Assembly: GCA_020137815.1 (NCBI GenBank)
Contig: CM035350.1
Coordinates: forward strand, 9,858,001-9,922,000
Reading direction: 5' to 3'
From: Hormiphora californensis
Taxonomy: Eukaryota > Animalia > Ctenophora
Length of the DNA stretch: 64,000 nucleotides
Shown: positions 19,269-35,201 of the stretch, piece by piece
Layout: every line of letters begins with the position of its first letter
Numbering within the stretch: the stretch's first letter is position 1
The notes under the pieces: model-generated
Seen by the model: only the letters and a program-made list of their open reading frames with translations
What the model was told of the DNA's origin: nothing
Databases searched by the model: none
Program-made: the position numbers and the translations under genes

Positions 19269-22047
19269 ATGGACAGTTACAAGAAAATAGAGAAGGTGGG
19301 AGAGGGAACGTATGGTGTGGTATACAAGGGAGAGCACAAACCAACCAAGACCATAGTCGCCCTCAAGAAAATCCGGTAAGTGTTCGTTATGCTCTAAAGT
19401 CGGATTTTTTGAAGTTGTCACCCCCCCCCCCCTTTTCATGCGCCGCGTCGTATTTGTGCGTGACAGCCCCCACTTGCTCTCACTTTTCGGCAAAAAGCCG
19501 CATGGCGCATATCATCGGAAAGAACATAATTCTGTGAGTCCGTAAAAGTTTTGTTTGACGAAATTGGTCAAGAAACAAAGGCGTGAGAGCTAAAACAAGT
19601 TTCCGATAAAAACTCGCCCGCCACCATGGGGGTGCAGGTGACCCGTGACAACTTCAAAAAATCCGACTTTAACCCTCCTTTACATTTGTGAGGGGTTCGG
19701 TGAGACAGGGCCGATCAAGGCAAGCCATTTTTCCAGATTTAGTTAACCTCAAATAATTCAAAGATCAGTTGGATTGATGGTGTAAAAATTAAGTGTGTGG
19801 TGTGTGGGAATGTAACAGTCATAAACAACGATATCAAGAAATTGACGGAAGCTTTTGCAACAGAAAATTGTGTTTCTCGTCTTCTGTCTGTTCAATTCTA
19901 ACCTCCCAATTCTAACCTCCCAATTCTAACCTCCCCTTCTTGTTGCAGTTTGCAGGCGGATGATGAGGGTGTACCCAGTACCGCCATCCGAGAGATTTCA
20001 ATGTTGAAGGAGCTGAAACACTGTAATATTGTCGGGTAAGTAGTAGGAGTGTTGGTAATGAAATTACCGCTCATCGCAAGCTCCCGGATACTACAGCGTT
20101 ATAGGAGTAACCAAGGAGTCTAGTTCTTTGATTCTCTATGTCTCTCCCTCGCTCATTCTCTCTCGGGGGTGTGAATGTGTGGGACTGTGGGAGAGTTGAA
20201 ATATACGTGGAAAATCACTTTGTGCTATAACCCTTCCAGATCCGTCCTGAGTTTATAAAACTCTCAATGTTTCCCGCTCTGATTGCTATATGATCTTTGA
20301 TCTACCGAACCCTCAAAGAGCGGTGTGAGCCACACAATTTGATCCTAATCCCCGCAGATTGCAATATAAGTAATATATCCTAATCCCCACAGATTGCTTG
20401 AGGTTGTCAACGAGAGTAATGTGTTGTATTTGGTATTTGAATTCCTGGATATGGATCTTAGGAAATACATTGAGAGTCAGCGGGACAAGCAGATAGACCC
20501 CAAACTGCTCAAGGTGAGATCAATGTTAGATTGCAGTAGGTGATCTTTGTTGAAGTGTCTGTGTGTGTTGTGTACCACCTCTCTCTCCCGCCGGAGCCGC
20601 TGTGTTGGACACACACCGCACACGCGACTAGCAGCAACTGTCGCGCAAGCGGCCATTTGGCGCTCTGTTTGAACATTTCGCGCGAGAAAGACGCGCAGTA
20701 CGAATTCTGAGGATCACATTTCTCTCTGTCTGTGTGTCTTGTCCGACCAAAATAAACAAGCAGGAGATGTTTCCAAACACTAATCCGTGACCCCTTTTCC
20801 AGAGTTATACCTACCAGATCCTCCTAGCGATTAAATACTGTCACAGTCACAGGGTCCTGCACAGGGACTTGAAGCCGCACAATCTTCTGATCGATAGCAA
20901 GGGAAAGATAAAGGTGGCAGATTTCGGTCTTGCTCGAGCATTTGGTGTTCCAGTCAGGGCTTATACTCATGAGGTAACAACTGATATCAGCAAATATATT
21001 GGGTGTAAATGTAACCATTCTAATTCTACTGATATAGGTTGTGACGCCACCCCCCTCTCCAATAGGTTGTGACGCCCCCCTCACCCCCCCCTTTTCATCA
21101 GGTTGTGACACTGTGGTACCGTGCCCCTGAGATTCTCCTAGGCCAGCTGCGTTACAGTTGTCCAGTTGATATGTGGAGTGTGGGGTGTATCTTTGGTGAG
21201 ATGGCCAATAGGAGAGCTCTATTCCACGGGGACTCAGAGATCGATCAACTGTTCAGAATCTTCAGGTATAAACCAGGAACCGACCGAATCAGGAAATACT
21301 GGTCCCTGATTGGCTGATAAACAGTCACGTGACCTAAATAACGAGTTCTGATTGGTTGTTTACTTGTTTCGGTCGGTTCCAGGTATAATCCAAGGGGGTG
21401 TAAGTGGTGAATCAATTGACGTCACATGTCAAGCTCTTCCTCTTTTGACAACCAGCTATTCAATTAAATGCAATATATGTGTTCACTTCTTCAAACCAGC
21501 ATCTCGTAGAGCACTCTCCTACAAACATGACAGTCCTGGTATTACTACCCTCTCACACACACACATACACATTACACACCCTCTCACCGTTACAAGATAA
21601 ATACTAGCAGCCCACACCACATTCTCTCAGGACGAAGGGTACACCCAATGAGCTAACTTGGCCAGGAGTAACAGAGCTTCCTGACTACAAACCAACTATG
21701 CCTAGCTGGCCCATTCAGCCCCTGTCCAATGCCGTACCCCGTCTTGAACCTGAGGGATTGGACCTTCTTGAGGTAATAACTGAATCCCATCATTTGAATC
21801 AACTTTTGTGTATCAGTTTGTTTACATCAATCTTGAGTCGCTTGACACTGTCTCCGTGCATTAGAATAAAAAGAAGTATGAACAATTCAACATCAATCCC
21901 CTCTCCCAGAAAATGCTGGAGTATCACCCTGCAGCGAGGATCAGTGCCAAGAGGGCCATCAACCACCCTTACTTTGACGATCTGGATAAATCAGCCCTCC
22001 CCGATACTGAGGTGTCCTACTACAAATCCCACCTGAGTGAGCAGTAG
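19269..22047 (+). CDS. CDK1: Cyclin-dependent kinase 1; exons 19269-19375, 19949-20035, 20393-20513, 20803-20973, 21102-21265, 21631-21772, 21910-22047
   Basis: [74 protein letters not shown]; all GT-AG and in phase. HGDSEID favours CDK1 over CDK2. Confidence 0.93.
19395..19671. mobile_element. MITE, family A, in CDK1 intron 1
   Basis: Same TIR as 251-405, TA-flanked, different and longer interior. Confidence 0.85.
21273..21383. mobile_element. ~110-bp MITE (TIR GGAACCGACCGAA) in CDK1 intron 5
   Basis: ccaggaaccgaccgaa ... ttcggtcggttccagg inverted termini. The minus strand translates as [19 protein letters not shown]..., a repeat I recall from Pleurobrachia gene models. Confidence 0.8.
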
Positions 22048-22551
22048 TTGTTTGTCGAGTGAGGGAGAGTGGGACAAAAAGAACAATTTGCAGAGACAAT
22101 GATGGGGTATAAGAAGAATATTGTTTTCCCCGAGGGGAGTTGTTGAGTAACTCAACGACGGGGGAGGGAGTATGATTATTTGTTAGCGTAGTGTATGTGT
22201 GGCATTGTAATAGGGAGCAGGTGAAGTGATACTGTCACGAGGGATTTTTACAAAAACATAAAAAAATTGCCAAACTCCAGTGTGAAAAGATGGAGATACG
22301 TTTTTCATTTTCAAATTAGCGTACAAAAATGCATCAATAGACAAACGACGTGCATTTTTACCAGTGCGTGATTGTTTTTTAATATTATAAATTCTAAACT
22401 ATATTCTAAATACTAAATATACTTTTATTTGGGCCTATGGAATAATTTCATGGAACAAAACATTATATTGGGGACAGGCGCCGTGTTGTGTTTTATGCGC
22501 TGCAAGGTCCCGCCGCGCCGCGTAAATTAAAAGTCGTGTCGAGATTTCCAC

Positions 22552-22630
22552 TTTTGAACTTTAGTGGAAGCTCTTACGGTAATTCCCACGAGCGTGGGAA
22601 ATTCTCACGCTGCGCGCATTTTTCCCACGC
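22552..22630. repeat. Left arm of a long-range inverted repeat with clustered CGTGGGAA motifs (partner 26494-26575)
   Basis: tagtggaagctcttacggtaattcccacg is the exact reverse complement of cgtgggaattaccgtaagagcttccacta at ~26537-26565. Confidence 0.8.
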
Positions 22631-23112
22631 CGAAAGCATATACAGTGCTGACAAAACAGCTGGGCTGCGCGTGGATTTCTCAAATTTATCGTTTCTTCGA
22701 TTCAGTTTTTAGTTTTTACTCTTCAGACAAAGCTCCTTTGATTCGTCGTTTCCCTACATAAAAGAAAGACATTCAGATGGGGCTGCAGGCTGCAGCTGCT
22801 GATGCTCACTTCCAAACAGGTAACACAAGATAAAGAATTGCCCTTCTGTAGTAATTGTAAATTGTGGTTGGCCCGTGGCCGTTGGAGCACCATTCTTTTT
22901 GGTTTTTCCATTTTTTCTTTTCTTTCTCCGTCTTTTTGGCCTGGGTGTCCGCGGACACCCGGACATCCACGAGTGCCGTCCCTGTGTCTCACGAGGGAGC
23001 ACTAAGAATCTACAAAAATGTTAAGAAAAGATTCCTAACTGTGAGGATACGGCCCTACAGAGAGACTAGATCGAATGGTACGGTACCATTGGTACTATGT
23101 AACCTGATCACA

Positions 23113-23190
23113 CACTAGATTATAGAATAGGTAGGTGCCCCGTTGGGGTTTTCCACTGGGCACCTATGACCTACATATTCTATCATCTAG
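23113..23190. repeat. Short imperfect hairpin element with CACTAGAT...ATCTAGT termini
   Basis: cactagattatagaataggtaggtgccc / gggcacctatgacctacatattctatcatctagt; termini resemble the element at 61589-62029. Confidence 0.45.
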
Positions 23191-23233
23191 TCAAGTCTAT
23201 CATCTAGTCAAGTCACAAGAGGGAGATTGGCAA

Positions 23234-23318
23234 TACAGTCGGACCCCGATTTAGTGGCCCCCGATTTAGTGGCAGGATTTTTTCCCCGAGGATGCCACTA
23301 AATCGGGGTCCGACTGTA
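23234..23318. mobile_element. 85-bp pogo/Tc1-like MITE (TA-CAGTCGGACCCCGATTTAGTGGC TIR)
   Basis: Perfect 23-bp TIRs flanked by TA. Confidence 0.85.
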
Positions 23319-23382
23319 TGTCTATGAAAAAGTTATTAACAGCTAGGCACAATATTACTTAACTCTCCCTATCATCCTCTAG

Positions 23383-25217
23383 GTTGAAGATCGTTTAGTA
23401 AAACCACTGTGTATCTACCCGACACCACGACCATCTCTGTACAATATGATGGACAGATATTTGGATCGGCCCTTTGTGGTAGAGTTTGTGAGAGAAAATA
23501 ATTCCAGGCTTGGTATGACGCTCTGTCTAAATGAAGAGGAACATCTTGCTGTCAAGAATATCGTGTCAACAGGTTAGTGCACGCTGTATATAGTTTAGAG
23601 GGGGATTTTGGAACATAGAGTGCAAGTGTGAGCACTTGAACAAAGTATCAAATTCCCTTCCATTTCCCTATATGAATGTCAGCGGGTGAAAATTTGTCTG
23701 ATATACCCCGCCCGCTATTAAAAGCAAGGATGTTTTTGCCGCTAAAACTTATAATCAATAAATCCTTGCTTATATAAAGTATAAACCCATCCCTTTGGTA
23801 GGGTTTTATACCATATACCACCCTCCCTGCTTCGCAGGTCGGGCAGTATATGGTGCAGCGAATCACCCTAGCGGGTGACCCGCTACATATAAACCCAGGT
23901 TTATTGATTACATATCCATCACCAGGTCCTGATCCCAGATCCTCTCTTCACCAGATCTAGTCTTGACTGACCTCACCTCTTCCCCCAGGTCTAATATACC
24001 AAGATGGCCGTCTCCGGTCGGGTGACGTTGTCCCTGCAATAAACGATGTCCCCGTTAGTGGCCTATCATTCGAACAGGCAGCCTACTACGACAATGCAAG
24101 AATAGGGTCCGACTAACTGTAATGAATGCCAATCTTGTCCAGTGCCCCCATCCGATGCAGAGCTGGAGATGCTCTTTAATATCGGGGATGGAGATAGCAG
24201 TGCACTTACCACTCATGAGTAAGTTTCAGATCACACGTTGCTACTTGCTATAATCTCTTACCAGTTCCAGTATCGATCAAATCACACCCCCTGCCTTGCC
24301 TTGTTCGACCTTGTTGCACTGTAGGCTAAGTTACACTATAGTAGCTGGAAAGTTACTCCGCCGTGATTAGGGAGGGAGAATTGTTAGAGATAGAGATGGA
24401 TATGGAGATGGAGATGGACTATGGAGATGGAGAGATGGAGAGATGGAGAGATGGAGAGATGGAGAGATGGAGAGATGGAGAGATGGAGAGATGGAGAGAT
24501 GGAGAGATGGAGAGATGGAGAGATGGAGAGATGGAGAGATGGAGAGATGGAGAGATGGAGAGATGGAGAGATGGAGAGATGGAGAGATGGAGAGATGGAG
24601 AGATGGAGAGATGGAGAGATGGAGAGATGGAGAGATGGAGAGATGGAGAGATGGAGAGATGGAGAGATGGAGAGATGGAGAGATGGAGAGGATGGAGAGA
24701 TGGAGAGATGGAGAGATGGAGAGATGGAGAAGATGGAGAGATGAGAGCTGCGCGCTGGCGCGCCTGGCGCGCTGGCGCGCTGGCGCGCTGGCGCGCTGCG
24801 CCGCTGCGCGCGCCTGGCGCGCTGCGCGCTGGCGCGCTGGCGCGCGCGCGCGCGCGCGCGCGACGCGCGCGCTCGCGAGAGCATTTCATAGTCTTTCTTT
24901 TGAATGGGATTCTTGTTGTGTGTGTTTACAAATTTTTAGGAGGGTCAGAACTCAGAACATAACAACCTGCTCACACTCCCCTGATACCGAGTGCAGATCT
25001 CTCTAAACCCTGTTCATCCTCTAGGTTTGACGATCAGTAAAACTCTACACTACGAACAAATAGTGACGGTGACAATAGTTCGGCAGGCTCTTGGCATCAC
25101 CATTCTGCATTCTGATTCAGGGAGGTAGCGACACACTCCAGGGCTGTATCAGGGTGTTGAGTAGTCCTGCAGTGGCGACTGAGATTATACCTAAGGATAC
25201 ACTGCTCAGTGTAGCTG
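23383..25217 (+). pseudogene. Decayed multi-PDZ-domain gene
   Basis: Exon 23383-23572 FVVEFVRENNSRLGMTLCLNEEEHLAVKNIVSTG. Exon from ~23989 LIYQDGRLRSGDVVPAINDVPVSGLSFEQAA, then frameshift to LLRQCKNRVRLTV. Second PDZ near 25025-25217 (IVRQALGITIL...* ...SPAVATEIIPKDTLLSVAG) with stops. Confidence 0.65.
24421..24876. repeat. (GATGGAGA)n microsatellite followed by (GCTGGCGC)n/(GC)n
   Basis: About 40 copies of the 8-mer, then an A-to-C transliterated version from ~24745. Confidence 0.9.
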
Positions 25218-26493
25218 GTGAGTACTGAACCTGATTGTCTTGTTCCACCCTGCTTCACCACGCCGCGAACAAATGTAACATAAGAACATTGTCGAGGGGA
25301 ATTCAGGAGAGGGAATAAGAGGGAAATTTTTACACAATCATACATACCTAGATATGTAATAACAGCTCTCCTTGCAGGTCCTGACTAACTGTACCCACGA
25401 CTGAGCACTAGAGATAATGAGAGAGGCTCCCATTCAAATCACATTTTAGTTGCCTCGCCACTTCGGATCCCGGCCAGATGAGAGGTACAAAATTATCGAT
25501 TCTTGTCATTTCTGATAGAGGCCCACCCCATGTGACACATTAAGATAAGGAAGGAAGCGGAGAAGACTGAAATCATCCCTTCTCAGAAGAGATGATTTGT
25601 GTCTCTTTCTCAGCTAGACGGTTGTCTTTTTGAATAGTCGATAAACCAAATTATAAAAGGAGCATGGTACTGGACGCTCTTTTAACTAACCTTCCCTCCC
25701 CCTCCCAGGATTATGCCGAGTACTGGTTACAACACCCTCTCTAGACGATTAATATCATCCATCTACAAGATATGTGTATCTAAAATCGATGCCTTGAATC
25801 AGCCGTTAGACCCGTTTCCCATAATAATATAACGGAATTTGACTAACTACGGTACGGACATCGGACACGTCTACTAAAGTTAGACACGGAGCTGTCACTG
25901 TCCGCATTCCCTACAAGATGCTGCTGTAAATTGAGATTTATAGGACTATAATTATCGTTAGATTAGGATATCACGAACTCTTTTTACCATGTTCTAGGGT
26001 TTGAACAAAACTCTTTGAGAATATTACATACATATATTGTGATCGATAAGTAGTGTCCAGAAAGTTAACAATTGTTTGTGATCTGTCTTCTTAGAACTTT
26101 GCGTTCAATTTGTTATAAATTCATCTAATCAGAATATTTATTTTGTACCCAATATATCAATTAGGAATGTTTCGGCGGAGGGTGAAACTTTCATACTTTA
26201 TCGTTGTAATTAGACGACGCTGGGGCTGGTTACAGCCATGACAGCACTCTTGGACTGGTTTCCCTTCCACCGAACTGTTCCTCATCGATGTTCCAACGTC
26301 AATAATGCAATCCATTGATGCAATGTGGCATGTGTGTGCAGTGTGATTGTAACGAAATTCTCAGTGACGTGCTGCTGCTGCAGTGCTCCGATGCTCGCGG
26401 CGCTACCCAAATTGGCCCAATGTTGTTAACAACTGCATCCTCAACATTTTAGTAGACGTCACGCGCGATAATTTTTTGCGCGTCGAAAGCAAA

Positions 26494-26575
26494 GCGTGGG
26501 AAAAGAGGGCGCGGCGTGGGAAATGTTCCCACGGTGCGTGGGAATTACCGTAAGAGCTTCCACTACTTCAAAATT
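26494..26575. repeat. Right arm of the inverted repeat; four CGTGGGAA/TTCCCACG motifs
   Basis: gcgtgggaaaagagggcgcggcgtgggaaatgttcccacggtgcgtgggaattaccg. Confidence 0.8.
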
Positions 26576-26967
26576 CGAACGTCCGTTTTACTTTTTTTCG
26601 TGTTCGGTTCGTTCCGTTTGCCGTCCTGTGACTCTTGTTGCTGGACGAACAACCCTAACCCATCCATTGGCTTGGTAATACATGAACTACCCTCACAGAT
26701 AGTGATTCAACTACTGTGAAAATGATCATGTCCAAACAGAATTGACCGAACGCACCGATTGCTCTCTAAACCTTGGTCTGGTCTATCAGATTTGGGTCGA
26801 AAACAATTGAAATTAACCTTGTTTGTTAGTTAACAAAGAATGGTATCCATGCAATCTTTGTGAAACTCGACAAACTACATTTCTACAGTATTATTATTAT
26901 TGTGAGCTGTGAATTTTTGTTCATCTTACCCCACGTGTATCCCACTTAACACATTCCCTCTCTGTAG

Positions 26968-28329
26968 ATGGTTAACATGCAAGATGATGAAAAAGTTGAA
27001 GGAAGGCAGCCACGATCAGAGGAGTTCCGTCCCCAGGCACCTCGAGATTACAAGAGGAAAAACTACTGGCAAAACAGGAAGGATAACAAACCGAACTCAA
27101 ACTATCGCCCTAAATCAGCAGACCAAGATGAGAAAAAGCCACTCCCTCACGGGCATTATCGGCACAAAAACTCGAACAAACCTCGGTTTGCTAAGAAGTT
27201 TGCTGAAAATTACAAGCAACAAACAAAATCGGATCCACCAGAGACGCCCAGTGATCCACCAACATCTTTATTACCTACCCCCACTGCCAAACCTGAAACA
27301 TCGAACCATCAATCCAACTCCGCCATATCACCCGATAAACCGAAACAGCAAGAACCCCCAGTACCAGAGAAGTCGCCTCTTATCCCTAGAGTGGACACAA
27401 TAACGACACCCAGAGTTGATATTATCACCTCTCCTCGAGTAGATATTATCACCACACCTAGGGCTGATATTATCACCTCTCCTAGGGCTGATATTATCAC
27501 CTCTCCTCGAGTTGATATAATCACCTCTCCTAGGACTGATATAATCACCTCTCCTAGGGCTGATATAATAGCCACACCTAGAGTAGAGATGACAAACGGT
27601 ATTAAAGCAGTTCCAACGCCGGAGAAAGATGTCTTTGAAAAGCTAAAGAGTGGAGAAGAAAATGCTCTTGAAAACTTGAAAGAGCTCTACGATAACATCC
27701 CTGATATCACCAAGACGGAGATCGTCTCCAAGGATCGGGAAGGCTGGACCGCTGAAGAGGATAGTTCCGAGGGAGGTCCTGACCATCACCATCATCACCC
27801 ATCGTCCATGCCAGGACCATGTAACAGATGTGGGTGTGGAACCCCTGCCTTCTTCCCTGGCATGTTCCCACCAATGCACCCGGCATATTACTACGCCATG
27901 TGGAACTTCCATTACCCCATCCCACCCCCTCCGGTACACCGTCTAGCCCACGCCCCATCCCTACCCTGCCCCGACCCAGCAGCACCTGGAGGGGATGCTA
28001 GTACAACCCACAAACGGTACATTTCCCGCTCCACCAGGACACCCGGTACTATACCCTTTGTGCTTCACTCCACGGATAACCTCCGGATTGTGAGTGTACG
28101 ACCTGCCGAGGGTGCTTCTACCTCCACCCCTTTCACCATCACCGCTGACCTCTGCAACGAAGAGGGTGACATCGTCGCGGAGAACTTTGTACTTCACAGT
28201 GAGGAATCACCCAAAATGTGGGAACAGTTCGCCTTCTCAGGGAATCACACCGTGTATTTCCGGATAACTGCACCTGATGATCCTGCTACGATTGTCCTGA
28301 CTTTACTTCACGAGGTCCTAGTGAAGTAG
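26968..28329 (+). CDS. Uncharacterised 453-aa protein: basic N-terminus, 8-aa PR(V/A)DIITS repeats, Pro/His-rich middle, beta-rich C-terminal domain
   Basis: Single long ORF; ATG directly after a polypyrimidine-TAG acceptor; 24-bp coding minisatellite at ~27385-27585. Confidence 0.7.
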   Translation: MVNMQDDEKVEGRQPRSEEFRPQAPRDYKRKNYWQNRKDNKPNSNYRPKSADQDEKKPLPHGHYRHKNSNKPRFAKKFAENYKQQTKSDPPETPSDPPTSLLPTPTAKPETSNHQSNSAISPDKPKQQEPPVPEKSPLIPRVDTITTPRVDIITSPRVDIITTPRADIITSPRADIITSPRVDIITSPRTDIITSPRADIIATPRVEMTNGIKAVPTPEKDVFEKLKSGEENALENLKELYDNIPDITKTEIVSKDREGWTAEEDSSEGGPDHHHHHPSSMPGPCNRCGCGTPAFFPGMFPPMHPAYYYAMWNFHYPIPPPPVHRLAHAPSLPCPDPAAPGGDASTTHKRYISRSTRTPGTIPFVLHSTDNLRIVSVRPAEGASTSTPFTITADLCNEEGDIVAENFVLHSEESPKMWEQFAFSGNHTVYFRITAPDDPATIVLTLLHEVLVK

Positions 28330-28639
28330 GGGAGGGGTGATTCCTCTCAATTGGTTCAAATCAATAGGTTATGGACGATACTAGTAACAATGGTATGTGG
28401 TTACCATGGTAACGATTGTATGAAAACATTACTTTTTCAAAGTTTTTATTGGAAGCTGTGAGTTGGAGGATATATAGAGGAGTTAGTTAGGTTGTGAGGA
28501 GTTAGGTTTGAAAGACATTGTCTTGTTTTACTAAAGCCGTTTCTATTTGTTTCTTTTTTCTAACGTTTTGTTCAGACTCACAGTGTTTTTTATCGACCTA
28601 ACTTTTAGCAATCCACAATCTTCCTTCTCACTAACTTGT

Positions 28640-33140
<4,501 letters not shown>

Positions 33141-33661
33141 GTGACACACAAGCGAAAGAATGCTTATGGTATGGTAAATTCTTGGTATAAATTTTAGCGA
33201 CAAACGAACAAACATTCAGAGGTCTTCCTTTCTGCGGTTAGAGCTGGTAATTATTCGGCCAAGTTACCTGTCTCCTCCTCTCGCTCTATCTTTGTATCTC
33301 TGTATCCCTCTATCCCTCTATCTTTCTATCTTTGTCTCCCGTCATATCTCTATCACTAAATCTATGCCCGACAACCTAATACCTCCTCGTAACTCCACTA
33401 TACTCTCAGGGCCATCTCTCTCATTGTGTCTACTACCCTCTACCGATAGCTATCTATCTCAATATCATAACCATAGATATACCCCCATATCTGCTTGGCA
33501 TTATCAGAGACTTGATCAGAGATTTGATCAAAGAATTTCTCTCTCTCTGGCCAATACACAATACAAACCCATATGTGCGTATCATGGTCGGCCCTTTACT
33601 ATGAGTTGCTCGGAGTGTAGATTATGTATGGTATCTCTTTGTGTCTACGAGACGACGGGCC

Positions 33662-33724
<63 letters not shown>

Positions 33725-34346
33725 AAGAGAGATGGGTGTGACGTGCTGCTGTTGTTCCTGTAACAATGCAGGCTCCATCGCCCCCACCACCACAATGGCA
33801 TGAGATAAATGAGGAACGAGTGTATGTTCTTTGAGAGAGGGCCGGAAAGAGAGAGAGAGAGAGAGAGAAAGAGAGGGGACGAGAGAGAAAGTAAAATATG
33901 AAGGAAGGATATTAATACTGGGTTTGATAGGAGAGGTACGTAAATTTCCCTGCCCTTCCCCCCCCCTTTCTTCCTCTCCTATGACGGCACATTTTTTTCA
34001 CGCCCAAAGGAGTGGTACAGAAAAGGAGAAACCAGTTTTAACAACAGGGAAACAGTGAAGAAATTAATACCGTGGTATAATCTGATTCTTAGAGAAATTA
34101 TCAAGCCGGTTAAAGTAACATTAGAAAACATAAAAAAGGGATAATCTTGGAAATTCCCATTTGTGGGTTAAAATATTGTGAAAATTCAACGTTCTAAGAG
34201 GCCCAAAATTGACAAAACTTCCCCTTCCTTTTTTCTCCCTGTGCAAATATCTAGAACAGGAGGGGTTTGAGGACAACTTTATTAACTTCTAACTTTTCTC
34301 CCCCCATGAAAAACCTTTTTTAGAAATTTGCCCCCAAAAATTTTCA

Positions 34347-34446
34347 NNNNNNNNNNNNNNNNNNNNNNNNNNNNNNNNNNNNNNNNNNNNNNNNNNNNNN
34401 NNNNNNNNNNNNNNNNNNNNNNNNNNNNNNNNNNNNNNNNNNNNNN
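34347..34446. other. Scaffold gap (100 N)
   Basis: Run of n; homopolymer-rich, low-quality-looking flank at ~33900-34346. Confidence 1.
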
Positions 34447-35009
34447 TGTGTTTCAGTTTGGTTGAGTCAAACTAAAATTAGAAGTGGATGGGAAGCAAGC
34501 TTTGTGTGACGTACGGCCCCTCAGTTCCCTCTTAAAGGCTGTAAATTGGAGAAGAGAAGATTTGAGATAGAGAAACTTTACATGTGTTCCTGAAACATGT
34601 CGCCTCATAGAAAGTGAAGGTGGTAATTGCCAGGAGGCATTTTCTTTGTGGGTCTCGTTAGAGGTGCCTTTGAGAATTCTATACCCCACCTTTTAAAGAG
34701 ATAGAGTGGGGGTACTTGAGAGACAGGGGGAAGAGGAAGGGCCTTTCAAAATAGAGCGGTGAGTTCTAAAACATCAACACACAGACACACTTAGTGACAC
34801 TGCACTGTACCTAATGTAACCCCCCATCTCTCTAATACGACACTCATTTAATAAAGTGTCTGAATCTGAATCTCACCTTCAGAGACAAGCAGAGATTATA
34901 TTAAACCCCTTCATACACTTCTGGCCTAACATTAAACATAGTTATACGTTTTTCGAAATTTCCTAAGATTTGGTGGTCCAGTCTCCTCATGGGATGCAGT
35001 GCAATGATG

Positions 35010-35067
<58 letters not shown>

Positions 35068-35099
35068 AGAGAAGAGAGAAGAGAGAGAGAGAGAGATGA

Positions 35100-35133
<34 letters not shown>

Positions 35134-35160
35134 GAGAGAGCCGAGAGAGAGAGGAGAGAT

Positions 35161-35201
<41 letters not shown>

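Noticed and set aside
17558-19671. Family A TIRs capturing the intronless WD40 gene as a Pack-type element
   Set aside because: The interval also contains CDK1 exon 1, and the right TIR already pairs with the left TIR at 19395.
20860-20885. HRDLKPHN instead of KPQN as a sign of a plant CDKB-like kinase
   Set aside because: Single substitution; PSTAIRE and all other motifs are CDK1-type.
26494-26545. Canonical Su(H) paired site (SPS)
   Set aside because: Head-to-head spacings are 3 and 23 bp, not the 15-17 bp required; kept only as a motif cluster.
33900-34700. Unusual homopolymer-rich sequence around the gap
   Set aside because: Consistent with low-quality contig ends.
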